DNA from: an uncultured candidate division Zixibacteria bacterium
Lineage (GTDB): Bacteria > Zixibacteria > MSB-5A5 > GN15 > FEB-12
Assembly: GCA_963806185.1 (NCBI GenBank)
Contig: CAWDXE010000005.1
Location: 160,001 to 224,000 of the forward strand
Reading direction: 5' to 3'
DNA: 64,000 nucleotides
The notes under the pieces: model-generated
Database searches by the model: none
Told to the model about the DNA's origin: nothing
Seen by the model: only the letters and a program-made list of their open reading frames with translations
Shown here: positions 32,107 to 43,582 of the stretch, one piece after another
How positions within the stretch are numbered: the stretch's first letter is position 1
Layout of the letters: every line of letters begins with the position of its first letter
Made by a program: the position numbers and the translations under genes

Positions 32107-34083
32107 TCAGCGAGCTTTCGCGAAGATTCCCTCCACCCACTCCTCATACCTCTTGATTGTCACAGCATCCGGGAAATCATGCCCCTTCTCCGGTTCGGAG
32201 ACGAATAGCACTCGCGCCTGCGCTTTGCGAAGTTTCTCCACCAGTTTCTGTGTGGTCGCGTACGGACAGTTTCTGTCCTTCTCTCCGTGAAATACAAAGA
32301 CCGGAAGATTCCTGAACGCTCTGAGGTTCTTATCTTCGAGAAAATCCGGCTGCGTGCTGTCACCGGTGTACCTTGCACCGAGACTGGGATCGCCGCTAAT
32401 TATCGCCAGTGCTCGGAACTTACTGGGGGTTTCATATGCTGTCCGATACACGCCATACCCCCCCATGGAAAAACCGCCCAGCAATACGGCACCGGTATCG
32501 ACTGAATAATCCTGAGAGACGGCCGTGATAACGTCAGCGATATCTTCCTGAGCATGATCGCCACTAAAGGCATTCGACTTCCCCCGCCCGAATGGCGCGA
32601 CAGCTATGAACCCTTTGGGAATGATATCACGCGCCCCTCGTTTGGTGAAACTCCTTTCATCTGATGCACTCCCGTGAAGATAGACAAACAACGGATAGTG
32701 CCTTTCGCGACTGTAATCCGGCGGAAGCCAGACCATGTACGGCTGAAGACTCCCATCGATGCTTGAACGGTAGGCCTTTCGCACAAACCCGGTGGCACGA
32801 GCAAGATCATCACTTCCCTGCTCGGCGCGCTCGACCGTTTTGATCAACCCGTCAAGCGCCACCCTCAAATTGCCACAGGATTCATACGGGTGAATCGACT
32901 GAAGTTCGCGCTGCGTCTCGCCCAAGAGAAACTGCATCGTGTTGACACTTGAGGCTGACACCTTGCTCCCGACCGCTTCAACGCGATCGCCAAGAACCGA
33001 CAAGTCCACGGCAGGCAATACGGTCAGGCCGCGTTCCCCGTGGCCCGCACGGCCCCCGGCATTCCACCGCACCGTATAGCCACCGACGGCCAAATCCGTT
33101 GTGTTGAGCCAAAGCGATTTTCTCTGAATAGTTGAATCACACGTCAGGGGGAACCGCTGATTCAGCATCCGCTCGCCTTCCCCGGAATAGACACCAACAG
33201 CCACTTCCGAGGTCCGCGCGTCAGGCGCAACACCCACCAAGGCTATTTCCAGGCTGTCGCCCACATTGATATGACCCCGCACCGGCTGTGCAAAGGTGTG
33301 GATAGAATGACGAGCCGCAGGCCGCTGAAACGGAAGGATCGCATATTGACGCTTATGCTGTTCGCTGTCAAGATCGGGATCCTCCACCACACCATACAGC
33401 ATCACCCGATCAGGTTCGGCGGCTTTCACAAACAGCAGATTGAATCCGATTCCTTCTGATAACCACGGGTGATACGGGTGAATGTCAGTCCACGGAAGCA
33501 CCAATTCGAATCTTATTTTTCCGTCTCCCTGAGAGCACTCAAGCCGAGTATTCTCGCTGGTGGGCACAAAAATCCTGTCGACATTGTAGTACCAAAATAT
33601 GTGGCGTGTCCATTCCTGGGACGGTTCATTCACCGCCGAGCAGGCCAGGACGTAGAATTCGTCGGTGGATGCTTGATCCGGTCGCGGCGCGGCAATCACC
33701 AGATCAAACCCGTCACCATTTTGATAAGCGCGATCGCGATAGATCAACTGGTCGGCAGCCATCTCAATATAGAGGTACAAGAACGTACTTCCGTATGCCA
33801 GTCGATAGTGGGCGTCAACGGCCGTATCTTCGACAGCAAGGTACGCGAAGGTGAAAGGTCGTTCCGGCAGGAATCGCAATGATTCATCAAGTCGGCCGTC
33901 GATCACTGGGACGTATTCGAGAAAGTCTACAGCCGGTTCAATCGTCTTCGTTGGCGTTTCAAGACTAACATGTCGTAAAACCGGCCCCACTTGCGCCATC
34001 GATCCTCGTGCGACAATCATCATCAGAATCAGGATCGACAGTAGAGTTACACGTACCGTAGCCATCAGTATCCTCGTCTTCAT
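32107..34083 (-). CDS. Secreted protein: CBM9-like sugar-binding domain plus alpha/beta hydrolase (esterase/peptidase)
   Basis: PVIDGRLDE...LYLYIE...FELVLPW N-terminal domain; YLHG, GFSMGG nucleophile elbow, HGEKD, GH in the C-terminal domain. Confidence 0.8.
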   Translation of the reverse strand: MKTRILMATVRVTLLSILILMMIVARGSMAQVGPVLRHVSLETPTKTIEPAVDFLEYVPVIDGRLDESLRFLPERPFTFAYLAVEDTAVDAHYRLAYGSTFLYLYIEMAADQLIYRDRAYQNGDGFDLVIAAPRPDQASTDEFYVLACSAVNEPSQEWTRHIFWYYNVDRIFVPTSENTRLECSQGDGKIRFELVLPWTDIHPYHPWLSEGIGFNLLFVKAAEPDRVMLYGVVEDPDLDSEQHKRQYAILPFQRPAARHSIHTFAQPVRGHINVGDSLEIALVGVAPDARTSEVAVGVYSGEGERMLNQRFPLTCDSTIQRKSLWLNTTDLAVGGYTVRWNAGGRAGHGERGLTVLPAVDLSVLGDRVEAVGSKVSASSVNTMQFLLGETQRELQSIHPYESCGNLRVALDGLIKTVERAEQGSDDLARATGFVRKAYRSSIDGSLQPYMVWLPPDYSRERHYPLFVYLHGSASDERSFTKRGARDIIPKGFIAVAPFGRGKSNAFSGDHAQEDIADVITAVSQDYSVDTGAVLLGGFSMGGYGVYRTAYETPSKFRALAIISGDPSLGARYTGDSTQPDFLEDKNLRAFRNLPVFVFHGEKDRNCPYATTQKLVEKLRKAQARVLFVSEPEKGHDFPDAVTIKRYEEWVEGIFAKAR

Positions 34084-34300
34084 TTTTCCTACGTTAACGC
34101 AGCATGAAACTACTGCCAATGTATCTAATACAGATACGACAGCCACGTTTGTTTGTTGCTCGATCTCTGCCACTCCAAGGTGGCCTCGTAAGTGCAGACT
34201 CGTCCGGCAATCTCAAGCACGACCCACGATGTCATGATCAGATTCATATTTGGAATCAGCCAATGTGACTGGAAACACCACGCCGATGAAAGTGATGACC

Positions 34301-34380
34301 ATGTCCATCCACACTGACATCCTCCAGGTTATCGGGTATACGTCGATAGTCAAAGTCAGCAAAATCGTTTCGCCCGACCC
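34301..34380 (+). pseudogene. 5' remnant of a cysteine synthase-like gene
   Basis: MSIHTDILQVIGYTSIVKVSKIVSP aligns by eye with MRISTSVLQVIGNTSIVQLRKVVPP of the gene at 36667; similarity then stops. Confidence 0.7.
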
Positions 34381-34572
34381 CCGGAGTGCGTGCTATCGAG
34401 AAGGGCCAAGCATCCATGATCTCAACCATACGAGACTTATCTTGTATCATTACGCCAGGCGCAAATCGCATCCGCGCGATCTCGTTTGAAACACTTTCTT
34501 AACTTCACACGTCATAAACTACAGCCGCCAAAAAGTAACTCGTCATGAGATGATGAAGGAAGGACAGTCCGA

Positions 34573-36462
34573 ATGAAGATTGGATGGGTTCTACTTACGT
34601 TCGCTGCTGCGTTCGCCGGAAACCTGCAGGCGGCGACAATTCACGAAGTGATTGATCAAGGTGACAGCACAGCGGTCGCTGCCATGTTGGACGAAAATCC
34701 AGCCCTTCTGAGCGAGAGGTTGCAGAATGGTCGGACGCCTCTGCATACCGCCGCGTATGGCGGAAAGCTCAACATTGTCCAACTGCTTGTCAGTCGCGGC
34801 GCGGACGTCAATGCCACGACACCGTTGGGAGCTGCACCACTACACGGTTCAGCGCTGGCCGGCCACGAGGCAGTGGTAGAATTTCTTGTCGCCAAGGGAG
34901 CGAATGTTAACAGCGCCAATCGATACGGCTATACGCCGTTGTACAACGCGACTTCGAACGGCAGCATACCAACGATGAAGTGCCTCATCGATGCAGGAGC
35001 AAGGATCGAGCCATTAACGGACTCGGCGCAGGCTCCTCTTCATTCCGCTATTCTTCGCTGCTGGCCTGAAGGCGTGAGGTATCTGCTCGATGCCGGCGCC
35101 AATGCCAATGTCGCGACGGGGGATCACGGAGATGCGGTCTCATTGACGGTCTTGACGACTGCCTGGAGATTGAGCGGAAATGAAAACGCCCCGGCAATCC
35201 TGAAGCTTTTGTTTGAACACGGTGCCACTGCCACATGGCGATTTTCCGGCGGGTACACGGCCTTGATGCATGCTGCCGGGACTGATGACACTGTGATATT
35301 GGGGATTCTGCTTGATGCCGGTGCCGATCCAAATGCCGTGTCGGACAACGGCGCGACAGCTTTTGGCGCGGCGGTCGGATCCAATAATGTAAACGCGGCC
35401 AGGTACCTCATCAACCGTAAGGCATACCGGCTTGAGGCAGAGGCGACCACCGGCCGTATTCCGCTGCATCACGCGGTCATGGGGGGATCGCTGCCGATGG
35501 TCGAGGCCGTGCTGTCGGTGACCCCTGATCCGAATACGATTGACAGCCTCGACTTCACGCCGCTTGACATGGCCCTCCGTTACGGACACAAAAAGGTGGC
35601 CGAATATCTCAAGACGAAGGGAGCCGTCGCCAAGGGTCAGATGAAAGCGCACCTGTCCTCGTCGTACCTGGCCGAGAAACCTGCCGCGGGCGAGGCCTAT
35701 CTGTGGTATCTCGGGAACTGCGGCTACCTGATCAAGACGCGGGATCACTGTCTCATCTTCGATTACATGACGGGAGGCATGAAAGCGACAGAACCATCGA
35801 TTACTAATGGCGTGATTAATCCGCAGGAACTGGCGTCGGAGAATGTGACCGTGTTTGCCACTCACGAGCATGGCGATCATTTTGACTCCACGATTTTCGG
35901 CTGGCCGGCAACGATTCCCGGACTTGACTACGTCTTCGGCTTTCAACCGGAGTCCCTTGCCGTCGAACGCCGGCAGGGCTATGCCGGTCAACCATATAGT
36001 TATGTCGGTCCCGGCATGACGAAGACGGTCGATGGGATGAAGATCTTTGCCGTACGTTCCAACGACGCCGGCGTCGGTTTTGTAGTCGAAGTAGACGGTG
36101 TAACGATTTATCACGCCGGCGATCTCGCCGGATGGCTGCCGGATCAACGGAATGGGTTCATTGCGCAGATCGACTCCATTGACGCGATATACGATGCGGT
36201 TGACGTCGCCCTGGTCAATGTGACCGGCTGTCACCACCAGGATACGATCGCCTTAGCCGAGGGCACGGCCTACACGTTGGAGAAACTACAACCCAGATTG
36301 GTGATTCCCACGCACGGATACATGCGGGAGAATTACTATCGACACTTCATGAATAAATTCGCCGATCAATTCCCAAGCGCAAAATCATTCTGCCCGATGT
36401 GGCGCGGGGATGTCGCGAAGTTCACGGGCGGCAAAAAACCGGCTCAATTCGAGGTTCTGTAG
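34573..36462 (+). CDS. Secreted ankyrin-repeat plus metallo-beta-lactamase-fold hydrolase
   Basis: Signal peptide, multiple TPLH..A...GADVN repeats, THEHGDH, IYHAGD and IPTHG MBL motifs. Confidence 0.88.
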   Translation: MKIGWVLLTFAAAFAGNLQAATIHEVIDQGDSTAVAAMLDENPALLSERLQNGRTPLHTAAYGGKLNIVQLLVSRGADVNATTPLGAAPLHGSALAGHEAVVEFLVAKGANVNSANRYGYTPLYNATSNGSIPTMKCLIDAGARIEPLTDSAQAPLHSAILRCWPEGVRYLLDAGANANVATGDHGDAVSLTVLTTAWRLSGNENAPAILKLLFEHGATATWRFSGGYTALMHAAGTDDTVILGILLDAGADPNAVSDNGATAFGAAVGSNNVNAARYLINRKAYRLEAEATTGRIPLHHAVMGGSLPMVEAVLSVTPDPNTIDSLDFTPLDMALRYGHKKVAEYLKTKGAVAKGQMKAHLSSSYLAEKPAAGEAYLWYLGNCGYLIKTRDHCLIFDYMTGGMKATEPSITNGVINPQELASENVTVFATHEHGDHFDSTIFGWPATIPGLDYVFGFQPESLAVERRQGYAGQPYSYVGPGMTKTVDGMKIFAVRSNDAGVGFVVEVDGVTIYHAGDLAGWLPDQRNGFIAQIDSIDAIYDAVDVALVNVTGCHHQDTIALAEGTAYTLEKLQPRLVIPTHGYMRENYYRHFMNKFADQFPSAKSFCPMWRGDVAKFTGGKKPAQFEVL

Positions 36463-36666
36463 ACAGGGTTAGGAACGCCCGTCGATACCATCGGTATTTC
36501 GGCAGAGTCGGCTGACACTATCCGGTCCGAGAACCAGTGAGCTTCAGCCACCGGATTTCCCGGCTCTGCCGCGAAAAATCATTTTCTTCTTCCTCCCAAT
36601 GGTGTAGTCTTAGCCGACAAAACCTGATGAATGGAACAATCTCGCCATTCAGGGAAGGGGAATTCT

Positions 36667-37599
36667 ATGCGTATCAGTACTTCCGTCCTGCAAGTGATAG
36701 GCAATACCTCGATAGTACAGCTTCGCAAGGTCGTTCCGCCCGGTTGCGCCGACATATTCGTGAAACTCGAATGGGAAAACCCGACCGGGAGCATGAAAGA
36801 CCGCACCGCCCAGGCGATGATTGCACGGGCCGAGGATGACGGCCGGCTCAAGCCGGGCGATACCATCGTCGAATACACCGGCGGGAGTACGGGTATCTCA
36901 CTCGCGCTCGTTTGTGTGGCGAAGGGGTATTATCTACATATCGTCACCTCCGACGCGTTTAGTCAGGAGAAGTTAAGACAGATGTCGGCCCTGGGCGCCG
37001 AACTGACTCTGGTCCCCAGCGAAGGTGGCTTGACCACCAAAAAGCTGATTCTGGATATGATCGAAGCGGCGAGAGAAATCAGTACGCGGCCGCATACCTA
37101 CTGGACCAACCAGCTTAGCAATCTCGACAGCATTACCGGATACTATCCATTGGCAGAGGAAATCTGGAGCCAGACGGAAGGACGACTTGATGCTTTTATT
37201 CAGAGTGTCGGCACGGCGGCGTCGCTGCGCGGCGTGGCAAGTGTGCTGAAGCAGCACAACCCGAAGGTCAAGATCATTGCAGTAGAGCCGGCCGAATCGG
37301 CTGTGTTGACGGGCGGCCAACCGGGACCGCACAAGATTGAAGGCGTTGGCATTGGCTACGTGCCGCCACTCTGGGACTCAAGCATCGTGGATGAGATCGT
37401 TGCGGTCAGTACGGACGACGCAAAGGCCATGGCCCGCCGTTTGGCCCGGGAGGAGGGACTCTTTGGAGGCACGTCGTCGGGAGCCAACGTTGTCGCGGCC
37501 ATTCGAGTGGCCGAGCGACTGGGCCCGAAGGCCAGAATAGCGACGCTGATGGTGGATTCCGGCATGAAATATCTCAGCACCGACGTGTATCGGAAATAG
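36667..37599 (+). CDS. cysK: Cysteine synthase family PLP enzyme
   Basis: KLEWENPTGSMKDR (PLP Lys), GTAASL, HKIEGVG, GTSSGAN, DSGMKYLST. Confidence 0.85.
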   Translation: MRISTSVLQVIGNTSIVQLRKVVPPGCADIFVKLEWENPTGSMKDRTAQAMIARAEDDGRLKPGDTIVEYTGGSTGISLALVCVAKGYYLHIVTSDAFSQEKLRQMSALGAELTLVPSEGGLTTKKLILDMIEAAREISTRPHTYWTNQLSNLDSITGYYPLAEEIWSQTEGRLDAFIQSVGTAASLRGVASVLKQHNPKVKIIAVEPAESAVLTGGQPGPHKIEGVGIGYVPPLWDSSIVDEIVAVSTDDAKAMARRLAREEGLFGGTSSGANVVAAIRVAERLGPKARIATLMVDSGMKYLSTDVYRK

Positions 37600-37669
37600 C
37601 GGCACAAGTCAGTCGGTTGATCAATGCGCGGTGAGGTGACAATCCACAGGCGTCCGTCGGTCGTTCCAT

Positions 37670-40600
37670 TCACCAGGAATTTCTGACGTGTTGTGAGGAA
37701 GCCAGCACGTTGCGGAAGAATGAGAAATATGGTGAGTCGAGCAAGGCCGTCCATGAACCAGGCCCGTTGTCGCGGTCGTACCGTTGGGCCAGCTCCTCAA
37801 GGAATGACACGATTGCCGGGCTACCCGATTCGGCGAGTTCGCGGATGCGGACGGCGCACTTGATGGAAAGCTCAAACAGGTTCTGGTCTTGGGCGTAAGC
37901 AAGCACGGCCTGGAAGTTCTCCAGGGCAGCGTCGCCGCTGCCGGTCAAGCGATAGAATTCGCCCTGAAGAAACTGCCCCTCGCGATCGATAATGATGGTT
38001 CGCGATTCGCGGGCGTCAGCGCGAATCCGCTCCGTGAGCGCCCAGAGGGTATCCGTTTCTTTCACGCTCACTTTGACACGGGCCAGACCAACCCGGGCAC
38101 GAAGGGAAAATTCGCCCGAACCGATGTCATCGGCCAGTTTCATCGCCGCTTCCAGTAATTGTTCGGCCCCGGAAGTGTCACCGGAAAAGAAAGGCCACTT
38201 CACCCAGGCGGACTTTGCATTCGGCCTGAAGGTCACCGTCAGATACTGATTCGGCGAAAGCGAGGGCTTCGTTAAATCTGCTGCGGGCACGATCAAGATC
38301 GCCGCTGACAAGATCGATGTCGCCGAGATTGCCGACGGTGTAGTAGTGGGCATGCCGATCGCCCAAGCGCTCGAAAATGATGTCAGCCTCGGCCAGCATG
38401 TTCGCCGCATCGGCATGTTTACCGAATTCCCGAATGAGGGCCGCGAAATTTCCCCGAGCGTAGGCTTCGTTGCGTCGATCGCCCTGCCGGCGAAAGATGT
38501 CTATTGCCTCGCGCATGAGCGGTTCCGCCTGAACCAGGGCACCCATTTGCCAATGCACAATGGCCAGATTGTTGGCCAGGCGAGCCCGGTTGTACATACT
38601 GGCTTCACGCTGATCGCCGGACAACGATTTCTGAAGGCACGTGACGGCGTCGGGGAGCTTTCCCAGCGCCCATAACGCCAGTCCCAGTCGGTTGTAGGCA
38701 TCGGCGCAAGCAGACGGATCGTCGGACTTGGCCAGAGCCTGGCGGGCCCAGGCTTCTGCATCGGCAAAACGCCCCGTGCGGCGAGCCACCTCGGCCAGCA
38801 GCGTCATTCCTTTGGCCACCAATTCCGGGGATTCCTGCAGTGGGATTTGGTCGAGCGCCGCCCGCAATACCCGCTCACACCGTCCGTACTTTGATTGTTG
38901 CCAGAGAAGTTCGGCTGTGCCAAGCACGGAGGCGAGTGCCGAGGCAGAGTCGGCCAATCCCTCAGCCAGTCGGCGCCATGTCCGAAAAGTACGATACGCC
39001 TCAGTCACGCGTCCCTCGAGTACCAGGAATCGCGCGAATTCCCGGTGAAACGCCACGACCTGCTTCGGCGGAATGAGCGCGGCCCCTTCAGCACCCATCA
39101 ACGATTGGCAGTTCTCGAAATGGTGGGCGGCATCGCCGAGAGCATACATCGACAGCGCCGTCCGGGCAGCCGTTAACGAATAGGAGTACCCCTTGACAGT
39201 CTGCCGGGCACCGGCGTAGTGATAGGCCAGTAATTCAACCTGGGCCGGATCATGCGCTTCCAATCGGCGGGCAGACCGCAAGTGCCAGGCCATGAGATCA
39301 GCGCGCGGTATGCAGGAATGAATCGCTTCCTTGAGCGATTGACTTTCGAATCGATAGGCATGCTCGGCTTCGTTTGGGCGAAGAATCCCGCGGAGACACA
39401 ATTCATTCAGGCAGGAATCAACGTATGGGGCAGCCAATTCGCCGCTTACCTCAGCGATCAGCGCGGCGTCGAATTCCGTCGCGGCGATGGCACACAGCTT
39501 GAGAACCGAGCGGAGTCCTTCCGGTAACGCATCAAATGTTTCCAGATTGAGGTCACGTGCGGAGCGCGGGACGGTGATTTCCGTTGCCGCCTGCCTGAGT
39601 TCCCACCGGGAAGTCACCGGATTGGCGACCAGATCACCGCTGGTCATCCGCTGACTCAGGAATTCGAACACGGTGCGCGGCAGGCCGTCAGACTGCTCGA
39701 TCAATCGGTCGGCCAGATCCTCTTCTCTTCGCCCGTTCGAGAGGTGCGCACTGAAGTACTGACGCCATTCGGCTTTGGACGGCGAGCACAGCTCGCTCGA
39801 ATCAAACGCAGTCGTGCCGGCAGATCCATTGATGACGGTCAAGTCCGACGTCGTGGCCAGTATCGTTGCGTCCAGTTCGGAGCCAAGGCTGCACAGAACC
39901 AGAATGAGCTGCCGGGAGTAAGCATCGGCCCCGTCCAGGTCATCGATGGCAACGATCACGTGATCGCTGATGAGACCGCGGACAATATCCGTGAAGAGTT
40001 TGTCGGCCATTGACTGACGGAGTTGCGGGGTCAGGTCTTTCGTCCAGGCGTCGTTTTCCAACGATCCGTCGAGAACGCCGCTCAGCGCCGCCAACGGCTC
40101 ACCGGCAAATCTGGTCTGCACCCACTGACCCAGTCCGATCGCTGCAGCCTCGGGATTCAGGGCAGCGAGTTCGGACAGCAATTTGCGGGCGACATACCCG
40201 GGTTTAAAGAAGATTGCCTGCCTGGCATCCAGCATGATTCGGAGGCGATTTTTGCTCCCCGTCAAACACGATCGCAACACGAGGCTCTTCCCCGTGCCGT
40301 GGGATCCGCAGACGATTACAGCCTGACGCCTGTTTTCCGAAACGGCTGTATTCAGCCGATCGAAAGCGCGCTGGTACGACGTATGCAGGAACATCTCCCT
40401 CTGCGTGTCCGATGCGGATTCGACAATGAGTTCGTCGATGTATTCCAGACGATGAACAGTGATCGGTTCAACGAACCCCTTGACGGACAATTCCTGGGGC
40501 CGACTGATGACCGAGGTCGGGAGGAGCGCCCGCATAGTATCATTTAGCAGCACTTTCCCCCAATCCGCCTTCGCCATGAGGCGTGCGGCCAGATTGGCGG

Positions 40601-41717
40601 CTGAGCCCATGATTGTATACTCGCGGCGCGTATGTGAACCCACGGCGCCGCAGAAGGTTCGACCACACGCTGCGCCGACGCGGACCTGGAAGTCCGCCTG
40701 ATTGAGCAGACTGATTTGGCGAGCGCATTCCAACGCCCGCCAGTGATCGTCACTGCGCTTCACCGGAGCACCAAACAAAATGAGTAATTTATGGCCGTCC
40801 TTGAACGGGTCGATTCGGGCAAGGCTTCCGCCGAACTTCCGTACGAGTTGCAAAACCTGGCCGACCCGGTTCCTCACGACGTCGATATCTCCGGCAGTGA
40901 GCTGATCCTCCCATGCGCATTCGCAGAAGAGGACGGCAATCTCGCGATACTCGCTGTTCATCCGGCTGGAGCCGGCATCGCCGGCCATTCGCCCGATTAG
41001 CGCCTGCGGCACATACCGCCAGAGTACTGACTCCTTGCATGCCAGTTCCGCCTCACTGAGCGCAACCTGGTTTGGCCTCGTGGGATTGGCCGAGATGGCA
41101 GTTGATTGCTGCTCCGCAGAGGGGAAGGGAGTCGGCGTGCCGGCGGCCTGAAATCTCGTCAGTTCCGGTCCAACCACGATCTCACCGGCCACGGCGCGGT
41201 CACAGCAGGCATACGCTTCGCTCACCACTTTGCCGATCGGCTCAGCCTCGAGCCTATGCTTCGCATCGCCAAAAGAGACGAGCTCAAACGATCCCAGTTC
41301 CGCACCGAGATGAACGCTGATCGGATCAGACTTCAGGTAATCGTGGCGACCATTCACATCGCGAAGTGAACTTTGGATGGCCTCAGCCAGGGCGATGACA
41401 GCGTGCGGATCGGGCAGGTACAGCCAGAGACCGTCGCCCGAAAATTTGAGTACGTCGGCGTCAAATCTGTCGGCTACGTCGATGACCACCGAGAAGAAGG
41501 CATTCAATACGTGGGTGAGAATTTCCGGTCCGTCTTCTCCGCCCGCTTCCAGTTTTGCGGTAAGCCGGGTGAAGCCGGAAGCGTCAAGACAGACGAGCAC
41601 GCCATCGTGCCTGGTCCAGTGATGAATTTCGCCGGGATGACTTCGGTACCATTGCGCCAGCCTGCGCGGCAGAAACGGCAGGATCAGGGCGCCTGATTGT
41701 TCGATTTCACCGGCCAT
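37670..41717 (-). CDS. Tandem class III nucleotidyl cyclase + STAND/AAA ATPase + TPR protein (one frameshift near 38190)
   Basis: C1: DASGFT, KFSGDG. C2: LFGAP, EYTIMGSAANLAARL. Walker A GSHGTGKS, Walker B-like IDDLDGAD, LLAYHY, C-terminal TPRs. Confidence 0.9.
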
Positions 41718-42060
41718 AGATGGTCAACCGAAGGGCGAAAAGTATGAGCAGGTGAATGGCCTGATCGAGATAGAAGCTCTGCTTGCTCCCGGCAAAACCG
41801 TTCACTTTTACGTAGTCCTGAATCCAGTGCTCCACGAAAAGGAAGAGCAGTATCGGAATGGTGGCCCATTGCATGACGACGACAGCGTCTGCCATAACGT
41901 ACGCGGCCAGCAGGGCAGCGGCAATGGTCAGCGTATAAATGGCGACATGCAGCGTGAGGGTGGCTTTGGATTTTTGCTTGTCGCGGGCCATTCGGTCGGA
42001 CTGCAGGGCGAAATCGCCGCACACGTGGCCAAACAGCAGGAAGAACAGCAGATCAGGCAT
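41707..42060 (-). CDS. DUF3307 family membrane protein
   Basis: HVCGDFALQ, H..IY, HWIQDYVK and LDQAIH motifs within hydrophobic helices. Confidence 0.85.
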   Translation of the reverse strand: MPDLLFFLLFGHVCGDFALQSDRMARDKQKSKATLTLHVAIYTLTIAAALLAAYVMADAVVVMQWATIPILLFLFVEHWIQDYVKVNGFAGSKQSFYLDQAIHLLILFALRLTIYGR

Positions 42061-43582
42061 GGTGTATCTCCGCCTGCACCGGCAGTGTGATTTCAAAAAC
42101 CGTGCCTCGGTCCGGAGTGGAGGATACGGTAATTGTCCCCGCCTGTGACTGAACTGCTTTGGCCACCGACACCAAGCCGATGCCGTGGCCGCTTTTCTTT
42201 GTGGTGAAGCGCTGCCGGAATACCTTGTCAAGGTGTTCGGCGCTGATGCCGGGCCCATTGTCCTCCACGCGGATGACCACCAGATGTCCCTGCTCCCGGC
42301 ATGCGAGCTGGATGGAAACGGTTTTTATTCCCGCGCGCGTGACGCCCTTGAGGGCCTCGGCGGAATTGAGGAGCAGGTTCAGAACGACTCGACGCACGAG
42401 ATCTTCGACAACAGCCACGGTCCTCGGAAATTCGGGCTCTGCCTTGAGATCAAAGGTAATCTCGGAAAAGAGGCTCTGTGAACGGCAGAAGCGCAGGAGT
42501 GTCCGCACAAGATTAACCAGGTCCACCTGGGAGGCGGAGTCGGTGTGGCGATCGAGCACCATCGCCTCCTCGAGAAAGCTGAGTGCCTCGGTGGTGGTGG
42601 ATTCAATGGCGCTGATCGAATGGGCCGATCGCTCTCTCTGCTCCGGCGTCAGGCGCGTCTGCAGGAGTTGGAAGTGTCCGCTGATGACGGCCAGGTAATT
42701 TTTCACGTCGTGCGCAAGCTCCGCGATGACATCCTGAGTGGCGCCATGCTTCTCAACCGCCAGGATGGTTTCGTTCAGTGCTTGCAGTTCCGATATGTCC
42801 TGACAAAGGACGAGGAACAGAACGCCGGAGTCAGATCCTTCGATGACCGATACCGACGACAACACCGGGAACGAGACCCCTCCGCGTATTCCCGTGACTT
42901 CCACATGTCTGGAATCATCTCGGGACGCATCAGTGAGCGAAAGATGCAGATCGGGAAGAAGGTCCTGGATGGTCACGTCCGAGGCATCGCCGGACAACTC
43001 GAACATACGGCCGGCCGCTCGGTTGAGCCGAAAGATCTCGCCGCTCCGCAGCGCGATCAGCACCGCACTGGGAGATTCCTCGATAAGCCGATCGAGAAAG
43101 AAGTTCAGGGTGGTTAGCTCCGTGTTGGAGGCCGCCAGAGCGCGGTTGCTGTCCTCAAGTTCGAGGATGCGCGTGGAATCGGACTCCCTGAGCTTTCCAC
43201 TCAGACTCCTGAGCACTCGGATAGCAAGGGCGGGCCATTCCTGAATGGCACGCTCAAAATTGGCGCGAGTGAACTCCAGCACCTCACAGTCGGAACGGGC
43301 GATTACGGTGGCAAAGCGCGGTGAGGCCTCGACGATGGCCATTTCGCCCAGAAAATCTCCCGGGCCGCGGGTGGCAATCACGCGAACGTTGTCAGAATGT
43401 TCGACGCGCTTTCTGACGTCAAGAGCACCCTGCAGCACGAGAAGCATGGTGTTCCCGGGCTGTCCCTCGGTGAACAATACTTCCCCCGCCTTATACCTCC
43501 TGGCCAGCGAATATTGGCTCGCCAACTGGAGTAAGAAGAGGTCCAGTGCCGGGTTAGTCGAATTGGGATGAATCAGTGCCAT
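42053..43582 (-). CDS. Cytoplasmic histidine kinase with N-terminal cyclic-nucleotide-binding domain and PAS-like domain
   Basis: cNMP cassette FLGEMAI...PRFATV; H-box LAHDVKN; N-box NLLLNS; DNGPGI, FTTK, GHGIGL. Confidence 0.92.
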   Translation of the reverse strand: MALIHPNSTNPALDLFLLQLASQYSLARRYKAGEVLFTEGQPGNTMLLVLQGALDVRKRVEHSDNVRVIATRGPGDFLGEMAIVEASPRFATVIARSDCEVLEFTRANFERAIQEWPALAIRVLRSLSGKLRESDSTRILELEDSNRALAASNTELTTLNFFLDRLIEESPSAVLIALRSGEIFRLNRAAGRMFELSGDASDVTIQDLLPDLHLSLTDASRDDSRHVEVTGIRGGVSFPVLSSVSVIEGSDSGVLFLVLCQDISELQALNETILAVEKHGATQDVIAELAHDVKNYLAVISGHFQLLQTRLTPEQRERSAHSISAIESTTTEALSFLEEAMVLDRHTDSASQVDLVNLVRTLLRFCRSQSLFSEITFDLKAEPEFPRTVAVVEDLVRRVVLNLLLNSAEALKGVTRAGIKTVSIQLACREQGHLVVIRVEDNGPGISAEHLDKVFRQRFTTKKSGHGIGLVSVAKAVQSQAGTITVSSTPDRGTVFEITLPVQAEIHHA

